DNA from: an uncultured Maribacter sp.
GTDB taxonomy: Bacteria > Bacteroidota > Bacteroidia > Flavobacteriales > Flavobacteriaceae
Direction: 5' to 3'
DNA length: 64,000 nt
Assembly (NCBI GenBank): GCA_964554895.1
Contig: CAZKQM010000002.1
Span: 576 to 64,575 of the forward strand
In this document: piece by piece, positions 19,958-30,835 of the stretch
Position numbering within the stretch: position 1 is the stretch's first letter
Layout of the letters: each line of letters begins with the position of its first letter
Program-made: the position numbers and the translations under genes
The notes under the pieces: model-generated
Seen by the model: the letters and a program-made list of their open reading frames with translations, nothing else
Databases searched by the model: none
Told to the model about the DNA's origin: nothing

Positions 19958-20845
19958 ATGAATGACACAAAGAACAACAATGGATTAAAAGTATTAGCTA
20001 GCCTCTTAGGAATAGTTTTACTTGGCGTTATTATCTACTCGGTAAGTCTTTACCAAGACAAAAAGAAGAATGAAATCGCTTTAACCAAAGAAAAAGATTT
20101 GGTTGTTGAAGATTTAAACAGCTTGAAGTCAGAATATGACAAAGCCATTCTTGAAAGTAATGCCACAAATGAAGAATTAGTATCTGCGCGTGATAATATT
20201 GCAAGATATATTGATTCTGTTAAAACAATGAAAGCTGATATTTCTAATCTTTCTAGATATAGAAGACAAGTAAGTGTTTTGAAAAAAGAAAGAGAACAAC
20301 TGCTAAAGCAAGTTGATTCATTACAACGTTCGAATACACTTATTGCGATGCAACGTGATTCTACTTTTACAGAGTTAGAGAAGCAAACTGTATTCAATGA
20401 TTCATTAGTTGTTCAGAATACAAATTTAGCAGACGTTGTAGCCAAGGGTTCAGCGTTGAATCTTACTACCTTTAAGGTTGATGCTGTTAAAGAAAGAAAC
20501 AGTGGTAAACTTGTATCAACTACAAGAGCTAAATCAACAGATAAATTGAAGATTTGCTTTACTGTTGCAAATAACGTTATTGCTCAGGCAGGCGACAGAG
20601 AATTCTTTTTAGAGGTTCTTGACCCTCAAGGTAATGTTTTAGGTGAAAGCTACAGTCAAACTAATGATAATGGTGGTTCAATTACCTACAGTAAAGGAAC
20701 AAGCTTTTATTACGAGAATAGTAATCTAGATGTTTGTGATTATATCAGTAAACCTGCCGGAGATTTCCAGAAAGGAAACTACATGGCTAATGTTTACGAT
20801 AACAATCTTAAATTGTTAGGAAACGTTAAGTTTCAGTTGAGATAA
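19958..20845 (+). CDS. Membrane-anchored coiled-coil protein with C-terminal beta-rich domain, function unknown
   Basis: N-terminal TM helix, about 130-aa heptad region, beta-strand-rich C-terminus. Confidence 0.75.
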   Translation: MNDTKNNNGLKVLASLLGIVLLGVIIYSVSLYQDKKKNEIALTKEKDLVVEDLNSLKSEYDKAILESNATNEELVSARDNIARYIDSVKTMKADISNLSRYRRQVSVLKKEREQLLKQVDSLQRSNTLIAMQRDSTFTELEKQTVFNDSLVVQNTNLADVVAKGSALNLTTFKVDAVKERNSGKLVSTTRAKSTDKLKICFTVANNVIAQAGDREFFLEVLDPQGNVLGESYSQTNDNGGSITYSKGTSFYYENSNLDVCDYISKPAGDFQKGNYMANVYDNNLKLLGNVKFQLR

Positions 20846-20869
20846 CGAAACACTTTTATTCATATAACT

Positions 20870-20903
20870 AAAAAAGGATCAATTTTCATTGATCCTTTTT
20901 TTT
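20870..20903. terminator. Bidirectional intrinsic terminator
   Basis: aaaaaggatcaat/attgatccttttt inverted repeat between convergent genes. Confidence 0.85.
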
Positions 20904-20921
20904 GTGCTATTATGAAAATTC

Positions 20922-22319
20922 TTATTGTAACGACCCAACCATATTTTCTGGTTTTACCCAAGCATCATATTCATCAGCCGTAACATAACCTAAGTTAATG
21001 GCTTCTGTTTTTAAGGTTGTTCCGTTTTTATGAGCAGTATTGGCTATTTCAGCTGCTTTATAGTAGCCTATTTTGGTATTCAAAGCCGTAACTAACATTA
21101 ATGAATTATTCAATAATTCTTTAATTACTTCGTGATTAGGCTCAATGCCATCTGCACAATTTTCATTAAAACTATCGCATGCATTACCAATAAGTTCTGC
21201 CGATTGTAAAATGTTAGCCGCCATCATTGGTTTAAATACATTTAGCTCATAATGGCCTTGTGTTCCTCCAACGCTTATTGCCACATCATTACCAATTACT
21301 TGAGCACATACCATTGTCAATGCCTCACATTGGGTAGGGTTTACTTTGCCTGGCATAATTGAACTACCTGGTTCATTTGCTGGTATAATAATTTCGCCAA
21401 TTCCTGATCTAGGACCTGAAGCCATCATTCGAATATCATTCGCTATTTTATTTAATGACACCGCTAATTGTTTTAAAGCGGCATGACTTTCAACAATAGC
21501 ATCATGAGCGGCCAGGGCTTCAAATTTATTGTTCGCTGTAACAAAAGGTAAATCAGTAAATTCAGCAATGTACTTTGCCACCAAAACATCGTATCCTTTT
21601 GGTGTATTTAAACCCGTACCTACTGCCGTACCGCCAAGCGCTAATTCACTTAGGTGGTCTAATGAATTGTTTAAAGCTTTGAGGCCATGGTTTAACTGAG
21701 AAACATAACCAGAAAATTCTTGACCCAGCGTAAGTGGGGTAGCGTCCATCAAATGGGTACGCCCAATTTTTACCACATTTTTAAAATCTTTCGCTTTCTT
21801 CTCTAATGTATTTCTTAAGGCTGTAACCCCCGGAATAGTTACTTCAACTATTTTTTTATAGGCAGCAATATGCATTCCTGTAGGAAAGGTATCATTAGAG
21901 CTCTGCGATTTATTTACATCATCATTTGGTTGAATCGTTTTTTCGCCTTCACCTATTTTTTTTCCTGCAATTTCATGTGCTCTGTTCGCAATCACTTCGT
22001 TTACATTCATGTTGCTTTGCGTACCAGAACCTGTTTGCCATATTACCAATGGAAATTGGTCATCATGCTTGCCGGCTAAAATTTCATCACATACAGCTGC
22101 AATCAAATCGCGTTTATCGGCTGCTAAAACTCCGAGTTCACAATTGGTGTAAGCGGCGGCTTTTTTCAAAAAAGCAAATCCGTAAACTACATCTAGAGGC
22201 ATTGAACCCGCAGGACCTATTTTAAAGTTATTTCTTGAACGTTCAGTTTGCGCACCCCAGTATTTATCTGAAGGTACCTGAACCTTACCCATCGTATCTT
22301 TTTCTATTCTAAAACTCAT
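20922..22319 (-). CDS. fumC: Fumarate hydratase class II
   Basis: [37 protein letters not shown]; TAACTTTG box at 22341-22348 on the minus strand. Confidence 0.97.
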   Translation of the reverse strand: MSFRIEKDTMGKVQVPSDKYWGAQTERSRNNFKIGPAGSMPLDVVYGFAFLKKAAAYTNCELGVLAADKRDLIAAVCDEILAGKHDDQFPLVIWQTGSGTQSNMNVNEVIANRAHEIAGKKIGEGEKTIQPNDDVNKSQSSNDTFPTGMHIAAYKKIVEVTIPGVTALRNTLEKKAKDFKNVVKIGRTHLMDATPLTLGQEFSGYVSQLNHGLKALNNSLDHLSELALGGTAVGTGLNTPKGYDVLVAKYIAEFTDLPFVTANNKFEALAAHDAIVESHAALKQLAVSLNKIANDIRMMASGPRSGIGEIIIPANEPGSSIMPGKVNPTQCEALTMVCAQVIGNDVAISVGGTQGHYELNVFKPMMAANILQSAELIGNACDSFNENCADGIEPNHEVIKELLNNSLMLVTALNTKIGYYKAAEIANTAHKNGTTLKTEAINLGYVTADEYDAWVKPENMVGSLQ

Positions 22320-22404
22320 TACTATTATTTTTGACTACTACAAAGTTAGCGGTTTACATTATTTTTTAGATGAGACACCAAATAATTATTTTTTTGACAT
22401 TTGA

Positions 22405-22437
22405 TTTGTAGTATATATTCTTTTAAAAGTATCTTTG
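22405..22437 (+). promoter_or_regulatory. Primary-sigma promoter (-33 TTTG, -7 TATCTTTG)
   Basis: TTTG at 22405-22408, 21-nt spacer, TATCTTTG at 22430-22437. Confidence 0.6.
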
Positions 22438-22457
22438 TACAAGAAAATATTTTATTT

Positions 22458-22631
22458 ATGTTCGAATTCGACCAATATTTAGGCTTTTTAGCATTCTTAA
22501 CCATTCTAACGATAGGTTTTTGGCTGATGATATTTTTGTTGACTTTTGTGGTTCCTTATTGGTTGTTTGGTAACATTCGAGAATTGTTAAAAGAAAAGCA
22601 CGATAAGAAAAAAGCCGAACGAAATTCATAG
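22458..22631 (+). CDS. Small (57 aa) membrane protein, unknown function
   Basis: MFEFDQYLGFLAFLTILTIGFWLMIFLLTFVVPYW plus a charged tail; has its own promoter and terminator. Confidence 0.7.
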   Translation: MFEFDQYLGFLAFLTILTIGFWLMIFLLTFVVPYWLFGNIRELLKEKHDKKKAERNS

Positions 22632-22637
22632 AGAAAC

Positions 22638-22669
22638 AAAAAACCGCTTGAAACTTCAAGCGGTTTTTT
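22638..22669. terminator. Bidirectional intrinsic terminator
   Basis: aaaaaaccgcttgaa/ttcaagcggtttttt. Confidence 0.88.
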
Positions 22670-22690
22670 ATTTATAATCATTATTCAAAA

Positions 22691-25135
22691 TCATTGTTCT
22701 TCAAAATCGCCATCTTCGCCGCCACCGCCTTGTCTACCTCTTTCTCTTTTCTTTTGTTGATTAAAGCGATAGGTAAACGATAGATTAATACTTCTAACCC
22801 TTCTTTGAAATTCGCTGTCGTTCAAAAAGAAATCTGTAAAAGTTTCAGATATTCTCTTTCTACTGTTAAACACATCACTAATGTTAAGCGATAAAGATGC
22901 TTTTTCATCAAATAAATCTTTACTAAATGCTAAACTTAATGAGGCAATACCTTTGCTTCTTGACTGGGCAGTTTCTCTTGGTCCGCGATAGAAGAAACGG
23001 GTTTGCCAATCAATATCATTAAATAAAGTAATCTTATTGTTGAAACGAATAAACCAACTTATGTTTTCAGCATCAAAATTCTGACCATTAAAATCGCCAC
23101 GTGTAATAACGTTGAATAAATTAAAATTTCCGTTGACGTTCCACTTTTTACTCGGTCTATAACTGGTAGTGAATTCAAAACCATAACGATCATTCTTAGC
23201 TAAGTTTACTGGCGTTCTTCTTAAAATACTAACCTGTTGTCCATCAAAAACGGTATCCTCGCCCGTATCTTCAGTGATAAAGGTAATTACATCAGTAGCT
23301 CTTTGAAAGTAGACTGAACCGTTTAGAGTTAGCTTTTTAAATCGGTTTAAATAGCCTAAATCCACCTGATTACTAAAAGAGGGTGTTAGTTTAGGGTTTC
23401 CTTGAAACAAGTTTGTCGGACTTGATCTTGAAGGAAAAGGATTTAAGAAAAAAGATCGCGGTCGGCGTAAACGTCTATTGTATCCAAATGTAAAACTTTC
23501 ATTTTCGGTTATTTCATAATTTAAATTCAAAGTTGGAAAAAGGCCATCAAAATTATTTCTTGAAAAATCATTGCTTTCAATTTGGTTAATTATTAATTGT
23601 GTTGCTTCATAACGCAAGCCTGCCAAGTACGAAAATTTATTGATTTTACTTCCAAATTGAGTGTATACGGCGTTAATAGTTTCTTTGTAATTCAGCAAAT
23701 TACTAGGATCAGTAATACCTAAAACATCAATTGTAGGTTGAATGAAAACCACATCGTAGTCAGTTTCTAAATTGTTAAAGTCTCCGCGATATCCAAATTC
23801 AAATTGATGATTTTCTCCTATGGGTAAAACATAGTCCGTCTGCAAGAATACACGCCTTTGATCTTCAGCTGTGCGCAATCTTTCGCTATCAAAATTATTT
23901 TGTTGTATCAATGAGGCTTCAACTTCTTCACTGTTTTCTAACTGAAAGGCAAAGGTCAGTTTATGCCCAGAATCATTGAATTTTTTATCATAGTTAAAAG
24001 AGTATTGAATTGTTTCATCATCTTCTGTTTCGTCATCAAATCGAAAACCACTAGTCAAATTTAAATCAATATCTTGTTGTGAAAAGTTGTTCGTTGTTTC
24101 ATTGCCATTATCTGAACTTCTAATAAAAATACTTTGGGTTATTGATGAGGTTTCATTGACATACCATTCAATACCTACATTCGCATTTATTCCTTTTCTC
24201 AAGCGAACGCTTTCAGAAGTTTCAGTAATACTATTTGTAAAGTTTCCGTTTTGATCAAAAAACTGTGAATTATTGAAGGTATTACCTGGCGACTCTCTAT
24301 AATTATACCCAGAATTGGTAAATAGGTTAACATCGCCTGTTCGGTAATTTAAATTGCCGTTAACTCCTAATCTGGTTGGATGTCCCGCATTAAGGGTAAG
24401 TGCACCATTAAGACCACTTAATTTGCTGCGTCTTAATATAATATTTATAATTCCTCCGGAGCCTTCAGCATCATATCGAGCAGAGGGCGACGTGATCACT
24501 TCAACCCTCTCAATTGATTCAGCAGGAAGTTGTTGCAGCGCCTCGGTTGAATTTAGGCCTGTGATAGCAGAAGGTTTGCCATCAATTAAAATTCGCACAT
24601 CGTTGTTACCTCTTAATTGCACATTACCTTCAACATCTACTGAGACAGAAGGCACGTTGTCAAGAACATCACTTACGGTGCCGCCACTTACAGTAAGGTC
24701 TTTACCAACGTTATATATTTTTTTATCAAGGCGAATCTCAACGGTGGTTTTTTCAGCAATAACCTCAACGCCCTCTAGTTGTTCGGTATCGGGAGTTAGT
24801 TTAATAACCCCTAAATCTGTAGCTTGGCGAAATATTTGTTCTTTAAGTTCAAAGGTTTTATAAGATAAGTATTCAACACGAACCTTATAGCGACCAGGAA
24901 AAACTTCTACCTTAAATTTACCAGATTCATCAGTTATACCACCAGTTAATCTATTTGAATTTCTAAGACTTTGTAAAACCAAAGTCGCATATTCTAAGGG
25001 TTGTCCGGTTTCACTATCGAGTACTTGACCTGTTATAATAACTGGCGCGGGTCTTTCTCCTCCACGGTCTTGCGGTCGTTGACCAAAACTTGTTAATGTT
25101 ATTAAGAATAAGGCAAGAGTAAGGAGTTTATGCAT
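22691..25135 (-). CDS. TonB-dependent receptor / outer-membrane beta-barrel protein
   Basis: Carboxypeptidase-regulatory-like domain, plug (ILIDGKPS...IERVEVITSPSARYDAEGSGGIINI), alternating barrel strands ending INLSFTYRF. Confidence 0.9.
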   Translation of the reverse strand: MHKLLTLALFLITLTSFGQRPQDRGGERPAPVIITGQVLDSETGQPLEYATLVLQSLRNSNRLTGGITDESGKFKVEVFPGRYKVRVEYLSYKTFELKEQIFRQATDLGVIKLTPDTEQLEGVEVIAEKTTVEIRLDKKIYNVGKDLTVSGGTVSDVLDNVPSVSVDVEGNVQLRGNNDVRILIDGKPSAITGLNSTEALQQLPAESIERVEVITSPSARYDAEGSGGIINIILRRSKLSGLNGALTLNAGHPTRLGVNGNLNYRTGDVNLFTNSGYNYRESPGNTFNNSQFFDQNGNFTNSITETSESVRLRKGINANVGIEWYVNETSSITQSIFIRSSDNGNETTNNFSQQDIDLNLTSGFRFDDETEDDETIQYSFNYDKKFNDSGHKLTFAFQLENSEEVEASLIQQNNFDSERLRTAEDQRRVFLQTDYVLPIGENHQFEFGYRGDFNNLETDYDVVFIQPTIDVLGITDPSNLLNYKETINAVYTQFGSKINKFSYLAGLRYEATQLIINQIESNDFSRNNFDGLFPTLNLNYEITENESFTFGYNRRLRRPRSFFLNPFPSRSSPTNLFQGNPKLTPSFSNQVDLGYLNRFKKLTLNGSVYFQRATDVITFITEDTGEDTVFDGQQVSILRRTPVNLAKNDRYGFEFTTSYRPSKKWNVNGNFNLFNVITRGDFNGQNFDAENISWFIRFNNKITLFNDIDWQTRFFYRGPRETAQSRSKGIASLSLAFSKDLFDEKASLSLNISDVFNSRKRISETFTDFFLNDSEFQRRVRSINLSFTYRFNQQKKRERGRQGGGGEDGDFEEQ

Positions 25136-25137
25136 AG

Positions 25138-25635
25138 CTAATTTTTAGTTTTCTTCTTCTTTTTCTTCTTCCTTTTTTCTTCTTTTTTCTTGTCTCTTAA
25201 TAATTGTCCTACGCCATCTTCTCTCATTTTAAGAAAGGTTTCATACTTTTCATTTGGCAGGCTAGCTTTTAATTCTTCATCTTGCCTTTCAGCAATTTTT
25301 TTAAAAGTTTCCCTCATTTTTTCTGGCGGAAGCTCTAATATTTGTGCCTCAATACGTTCTTGCACGTATTTTTTTAGAATACTACTCATAATGGCTGTTT
25401 CAAAATCATCAAGTTCTAAAGCGGCAATGAGTTTTGGCATTTCTGCATCAACAAGTTCATCAGCTGTTTTAGGTTTTGGCGGTTCAGGTGGGGTTTCAGC
25501 TTGTGGTAATCTTGGTCGACCGGTAGGTCCACCACGATTGGAACCGTAACCTCTATTGCCAAATTGTGCTTGCGTTTCACTATAAGCAAAGAGTACAATC
25601 AAAAGTGTGATGAGATATTTAATTTGCGTTTTCAT
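25138..25635 (-). CDS. Exported helical hypothetical protein with Lys-rich C-terminus
   Basis: Signal peptide, G/R/P-rich linker, helical core, KKKEEKRKKKKKKKTKN tail; 2 nt upstream of the receptor gene. Confidence 0.7.
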   Translation of the reverse strand: MKTQIKYLITLLIVLFAYSETQAQFGNRGYGSNRGGPTGRPRLPQAETPPEPPKPKTADELVDAEMPKLIAALELDDFETAIMSSILKKYVQERIEAQILELPPEKMRETFKKIAERQDEELKASLPNEKYETFLKMREDGVGQLLRDKKKEEKRKKKKKKKTKN

Positions 25636-25774
25636 AATATATCCGTTTAATTGACTAAAAATTTATAGAAAGGTTTAATCTAAATTTGTGTTTTTTTTAT
25701 AACGCAACAAATGTACCGAATTCTTCAAATCATTAAGAACCTATTTGTTTGATTTTTAGAGCTTTTTGATTCTT

Positions 25775-26116
25775 TTAGAGTATCTTCTTAATGGTTTCAG
25801 GAGGTCTTCCTATAACCGCCTTTTCATTGTTAATGACAATGGGTCGTTCAATAAGTTTTGGATATTCGATCATTGCCTCAATGATTTCATCATCAGTCAT
25901 TTCTTTTCCTTTGAAATTTTCTTTCCAAATCGTTTCGTTTTTGCGAAGCAATTTTTCCGGAGAAATATTCAATTTGCGCAACACCTCTTGTAATGCTCCT
26001 TTTGACGGTTTATTTTCTAAATAAAGTATAGTTTCAAAAGCTTGTCCTGATTCCTCAAGTATTCGATGACCCTCTCTTGATTTTCTACATCTTGGGTTGT
26101 GATATATTTTAATCAT
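25775..26116 (-). CDS. arsC: ArsC-family (glutaredoxin-type arsenate reductase-like) protein
   Basis: YHNPRCRKSR, PKLIERPIV, IGRPPE. Confidence 0.85.
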   Translation of the reverse strand: MIKIYHNPRCRKSREGHRILEESGQAFETILYLENKPSKGALQEVLRKLNISPEKLLRKNETIWKENFKGKEMTDDEIIEAMIEYPKLIERPIVINNEKAVIGRPPETIKKIL

Positions 26117-26138
26117 TTTAATATTTTTAACACAAAAC

Positions 26139-27240
26139 TTATTCTTTCTCTTTTTGACCAGTAGCCATTAAATACGATTTTAAAAACCGATTTATTTCTC
26201 CATTCATGACATTATCAACATTGCCGGTTTCCTCGCCTGTTCGCACATCTTTCACTAATTTATACGGATGCATTACATAGTTGCGAATTTGAGAGCCCCA
26301 TTCAATTTTCATTTTTGAAGACTCAATTTCTTGACGCGCCTCCATTTTTTTTCTCAACTCAATTTCATAGAGTTGTGATTTCAGCATTTTAAGGGCAGTG
26401 GCTCTGTTATCGTGTTGCGATCTAGAATCAGAACAAGATATTTGAATACCAGAAGGTTTGTGAACCAACTGCACTTTTGTTTCAACTTTGTTTACATTTT
26501 GTCCGCCCGCACCGCTAGAGCGTGCTGTAGTAATTTCAATATCAGCTGGGTTAACTTCAATATTTATAGAGTCATCTACTAACGGATACACATAAACAGA
26601 GGCAAAAGAAGTATGTCTTTTAGCATTACTATCAAACGGAGAAATTCGAACTAATCTGTGAACGCCATTCTCGCCTTTTAACCATCCAAAGGCAAATTCG
26701 CCATCAATTTCAAGGGTTACCGTTTTAATACCTGCAACATCGCCAGATTGGTAATTGAGTTCTTTGACTTTAAATTTATTTTTTTCAGCCCACATCATAT
26801 ACATGCGCATCAACATTGAGGCCCAATCACAACTTTCGGTTCCACCAGCACCGGCTGTGATTTGCAGTACAGCAGTTAATTCATCGCCCTCAGCAGAAAG
26901 CATATTTTTAAACTCGAGGTTTTCAATAGCTTCTTTGGTTTTTTCATAATGTAGCTGAACTTCTTTTTCGGTCACTTCGCCTTCAGCATGAAACTCAATT
27001 AGTACTTCTAAATCTCCGGTAAGAGTTTTGGCTTCTTCAAAATCATCAACCCACTGTTTTTTAGATTGAATGAATTTCATGTGTTTTTGAGCTTCTTGAG
27101 CATTATCCCAAAAGTCAGGAGCTAATGTTTTTTCTTGCTCATTTTCTATCTCAATGAGTTTTGCATCAATGTCAAAGATACCTCCTTAACGCACCCAGGC
27201 GATCTAAAAGACCTTTAAAATGGTCTGCGGTAATTGTCAT
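26139..27240 (-). CDS. prfB: Peptide chain release factor 2 with programmed +1 frameshift (about 366 aa)
   Basis: ATG 27240 gives [22 protein letters not shown], then CTT TGA C; the +1 frame continues [10 protein letters not shown]... into the ORF with SPF and GGQ motifs. Confidence 0.97.
27171..27186 (-). promoter_or_regulatory. RF2 autoregulatory frameshift cassette
   Basis: Minus strand reads AGGAGG-TAT-CTT-TGA-C. Confidence 0.95.
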
Positions 27241-27339
27241 GCTAAAAAGTGTTTTGGCAAAAATAGTACTAAACTATGGTTGTACAATCTATTTTATCTA
27301 AATTTAATACCTTACACCTTTACAAAAATGAACACCATT

Positions 27340-29742
27340 ATGAAAAATATTTACCTCATTACCACCCTTTTATTTGCATCACTATTTTCAGTTTTTTCTC
27401 AATTTGATGAAAAGAGTAAAGATTTTCAAACGTTCAATGGCTTTTTCAATTTCAAGTATGATGAGAATTCAGATAAAATCTACCTTGAAGTTGCTAAGCT
27501 TAATGAAGAATTTCTATATATATCATCACTCAGTAGTGGTATTGGTAGTAACGATATTGGGCTAGATAGAGGGCAATTAGGTAATACAAGAATTGTTTAT
27601 TTTAAAAAGGCGGGTAATAAATTATTGTTGGTGCAACCAAATTTGAAATTTCGCGCGCTCACTGATAATACGTTAGAAAAGAAATCAGTAGAACAAGCTT
27701 TTGCCAAATCTGTTTTAGGGGGATTTAAAATTGAACAAGAAAAAAACGGAAAGTTTATCATTGACATAACAAGTCTCTTAATGCAAGATACTCACGGAGT
27801 AGGTGCTCGATTACAACGTGCAAAACAAGGAAGCTACAAACTTGATAAAAGTAAAAGTGCAGTAGATTTAGAGCGTACCAAAGCGTTTCCTAATAATGTA
27901 GAATTTGACGCTATACTGACTTTTACCGGAAGTCCTAAAGGCAGTTTAATTAGATCGGTAGCACCCAATGCTTCAATAGTTACCGTGTCACAGCACCATT
28001 CTTTTGTTGAATTACCTGATGATAAGTATACCAAGCGAGAATTTGATCCTCGCAGCGGGGCTGGGGCTTTTTCATATTATGACTATTCCACTCCGGTTCA
28101 AGAGCCCATTTTAAAACGATATATACGAAGACATCGTCTTGAAAAAAAGGACCCCTCTGCCGCTATTAGTGAGGCCGTTGAGCCCATAATTTATTATTTA
28201 GATAACGGTACTCCTGAACCCGTTCGTTCAGCATTGTTAGAAGGAGGAAAATGGTGGAATCAAGCTTTTGAAGCGCTCGGTTATAAAGATGCTTTTCAAT
28301 TAAAAATATTACCTGATGATGCAGATCCTTTAGATATTCGATACAACGTAATTCAGTGGGTGCATCGCTCAACAAGGGGGTGGAGTTACGGAGCAAGTGT
28401 AACGGATCCTCGAACAGGAGAAATTATTAAAGGACACGTAAGCTTAGGAAGTCTTCGCATCAGACAAGATTTTTTGATTGCGCAAGCTTTAATGAATAAA
28501 CCTTTTGCCGAACGTGATGATAATTATCAACCCATGCTCGATCTAGCAATTGCACGCATACGTCAATTATCAGCACATGAAATAGGTCATACGCTAGGTT
28601 TTGCACATAATTATGCAGCAAGTACAAAGGGTAAATCGTCGGTTATGGATTATCCGCATCCGCAGATACGTATTAAAGACGGCCAAATTGATTTTTCAAA
28701 TGCCTATGATAATAAAATAGGAGCGTGGGATAAGGTTAGTGTTGCGTATTCGTATACCACTTTTGAAAACAGGGTAGATGAAAAAGACGGTTTGAACGCC
28801 ATTTTAGAAAAGGCAAGTGCAGACGGACTTAGATTTATTACCGACCAAGATGCAAGACCTCAAGGTAGTGCCCATGTTTTAGCTCATTTATGGGATAATG
28901 GTGCCGATGTGAGTTCAGAACTTGATGAAATGATGAAAATTCGAGCTATAGCAATTTCTAATTTTTCTACGGATAATATTCGCAAAAATGAACCCCTTTC
29001 TGTTTTAGAGGATGTTTTTGCACCTCTTTATTTCTTTCACAGATATCAAACTGAGGCTGTGGCGAAAGTGGTTGGTGGTTTAGAATATAATTATGCCCTT
29101 AAAGGCGACGGTCAAGAAACAGTTAGAATAGTAGATAGGGCGATGCAAACAAAAGCCTTAAAGAGCATTTTACAAACTCTAGATGCATCAGTCATTGCAA
29201 TTCCGAAAGAAAAATTAAATTTATTTCCACCTCGTGCCTTTGGTCACGGCAGAACAAGAGAATCTATCAAAGGTAAAACCGGAGTGTCTTTTGATGCCTT
29301 ATCAGCACCAGAAACAGCCGCTGATATGACTTTGGGGCTTCTATTGCATCCTGAAAGAGCGTCGCGTTTAATTCAACAAAAAGCACTAGATCAAAAAAAT
29401 ATAGGACTTGAAGAAGTCTTAAATCAAGTAGTTGCTAATACCTTGATGAAAAAACACAAAGATTCTTATTTAAGTGAAGTGCAAACTAATATCAATTATA
29501 GAGTGCTGTATCATTTGATGAATTTAGCAGCCCACAACCAGGTGCATCCACAAGTAAATGCTATCGCAATGCCAACTCTTAATGGAATTAAATCAAAGTT
29601 AGTTCAAGGAAAAATGGGAGTATATGATATGGAAATGGTAAGAAGAATCAATGCATTTATGAAGAGTCCTGAAAAATTCAAGGTGTTGCCAGTGGCTAAA
29701 ATTCCTGATGGTTCGCCAATTGGTTCAGAATGTTTTCATTAA
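27340..29742 (+). CDS. Exported zinc metalloprotease (metzincin, DUF5117/DUF4953 type)
   Basis: HEIGHTLGFAH zinc motif and SSVMDY Met-turn. Signal peptide from ATG 27340; the track start at 27220 would overlap the prfB start. Confidence 0.85.
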   Translation: MKNIYLITTLLFASLFSVFSQFDEKSKDFQTFNGFFNFKYDENSDKIYLEVAKLNEEFLYISSLSSGIGSNDIGLDRGQLGNTRIVYFKKAGNKLLLVQPNLKFRALTDNTLEKKSVEQAFAKSVLGGFKIEQEKNGKFIIDITSLLMQDTHGVGARLQRAKQGSYKLDKSKSAVDLERTKAFPNNVEFDAILTFTGSPKGSLIRSVAPNASIVTVSQHHSFVELPDDKYTKREFDPRSGAGAFSYYDYSTPVQEPILKRYIRRHRLEKKDPSAAISEAVEPIIYYLDNGTPEPVRSALLEGGKWWNQAFEALGYKDAFQLKILPDDADPLDIRYNVIQWVHRSTRGWSYGASVTDPRTGEIIKGHVSLGSLRIRQDFLIAQALMNKPFAERDDNYQPMLDLAIARIRQLSAHEIGHTLGFAHNYAASTKGKSSVMDYPHPQIRIKDGQIDFSNAYDNKIGAWDKVSVAYSYTTFENRVDEKDGLNAILEKASADGLRFITDQDARPQGSAHVLAHLWDNGADVSSELDEMMKIRAIAISNFSTDNIRKNEPLSVLEDVFAPLYFFHRYQTEAVAKVVGGLEYNYALKGDGQETVRIVDRAMQTKALKSILQTLDASVIAIPKEKLNLFPPRAFGHGRTRESIKGKTGVSFDALSAPETAADMTLGLLLHPERASRLIQQKALDQKNIGLEEVLNQVVANTLMKKHKDSYLSEVQTNINYRVLYHLMNLAAHNQVHPQVNAIAMPTLNGIKSKLVQGKMGVYDMEMVRRINAFMKSPEKFKVLPVAKIPDGSPIGSECFH

Positions 29743-29812
29743 CAAACTCAAAAATTGACACAAACTCAATAATTAATTCAAGGGCAGTACTCCTTCGAAT
29801 TTGAATTTTATT

Positions 29813-30835
29813 ATGAAAATAAATTTAATTAGCGATACGGTAACCAAACCTAGTTCAGAAATGCTGAAAGCTATGTTTTCTGCAGATGTTGGCGATGATG
29901 TTTTTAAAGAAGACCCTTCAATAAATGAACTTGAAGAAAAGGTTGCTGCACTTTTTGGAATGGAGGCCGCCCTGTATTTTCCGAGTGGTACAATGACCAA
30001 TCAAACTGCAATAAAACTACACACTAAACCCGGAGATCAGTTGATTTGTGATAAATATGCGCATGTCTATAATTATGAAGGGGGTGGTGTTAGTTTTAAT
30101 AGCGGAGTGTCATGCAAGTTAGTAGATGGCCATAGGGGTATGATGACTGCTGAGCAAGTTGAGGCGGCTATAAATCCTCCTGATTTTTACCATAGTCCCT
30201 TAACGTCATTAGTCTGTATAGAAAACACAACCAATAAAGGCGGAGGAGCTTGTTGGGATTTTAGTGAACTGAAGCGTATTAAAGAAGTTTGTAAAAAGCA
30301 TGGACTTGCCTATCATTTGGACGGTGCGCGATTATGGAATGCCTTAGTCGTAAATAATGAAACCCCAAAACAATACGGCCAACTTTTTGACACGATAAGT
30401 GTTTGTTTTAGTAAAGGTCTTGGATGCCCTGTAGGGTCGGCCCTTTTAGGAACTAAAGATTACATTGACAAGGCACTTCGAATTCGAAAAATATTAGGTG
30501 GTGGTATGCGTCAGGCTGGTTATTTAGCCAGTGCCGCAAGCTATGCCTTAGATCATCAAACGAATCGCCTTATTGAAGATCATGCGAAAGCAAAAGAAAT
30601 AGGTGGCGTTTTAAATAGTCTTTCTTTTATTCAAAAAGTTGAACCTATTGAAACCAATATCATCATTTTTGAAATTAATGAAGAGCTTTTAAGTGCAGAT
30701 GATTTTATAAGAAAATTGAATGAGAACAATGTTCACATTATTGGTATGGGGCAGGGTAAATTGAGAATAGTTACCCATTTAGATTATACTCAAGAAATGC
30801 ATGAAGCTTTTTTGAGAATCTTGAAACATTTATAG
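29813..30835 (+). CDS. ltaE: Low-specificity L-threonine aldolase
   Basis: SDTVTKP, PSGTMTNQ, ENTTN, HLDGARLWNA, CFSKGLG, GGGMRQAG. Confidence 0.92.
   Translation: MKINLISDTVTKPSSEMLKAMFSADVGDDVFKEDPSINELEEKVAALFGMEAALYFPSGTMTNQTAIKLHTKPGDQLICDKYAHVYNYEGGGVSFNSGVSCKLVDGHRGMMTAEQVEAAINPPDFYHSPLTSLVCIENTTNKGGGACWDFSELKRIKEVCKKHGLAYHLDGARLWNALVVNNETPKQYGQLFDTISVCFSKGLGCPVGSALLGTKDYIDKALRIRKILGGGMRQAGYLASAASYALDHQTNRLIEDHAKAKEIGGVLNSLSFIQKVEPIETNIIIFEINEELLSADDFIRKLNENNVHIIGMGQGKLRIVTHLDYTQEMHEAFLRILKHL

Noticed and set aside
24354-25549. Long plus-strand ORFs (169 and 119 aa) opposite the TonB receptor and its neighbour
   Set aside because: Fully antisense to well-supported genes, with no recognisable motifs.
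27220-27339. Cys-containing N-terminal extension of the metalloprotease
   Set aside because: It overlaps the true prfB start and promoter; the signal peptide begins at 27340.
29742-29777. Two-copy 18-bp direct repeat (acaaactcaa...) after the metalloprotease stop
   Set aside because: Only two imperfect AT-rich copies; likely a local slippage duplication.
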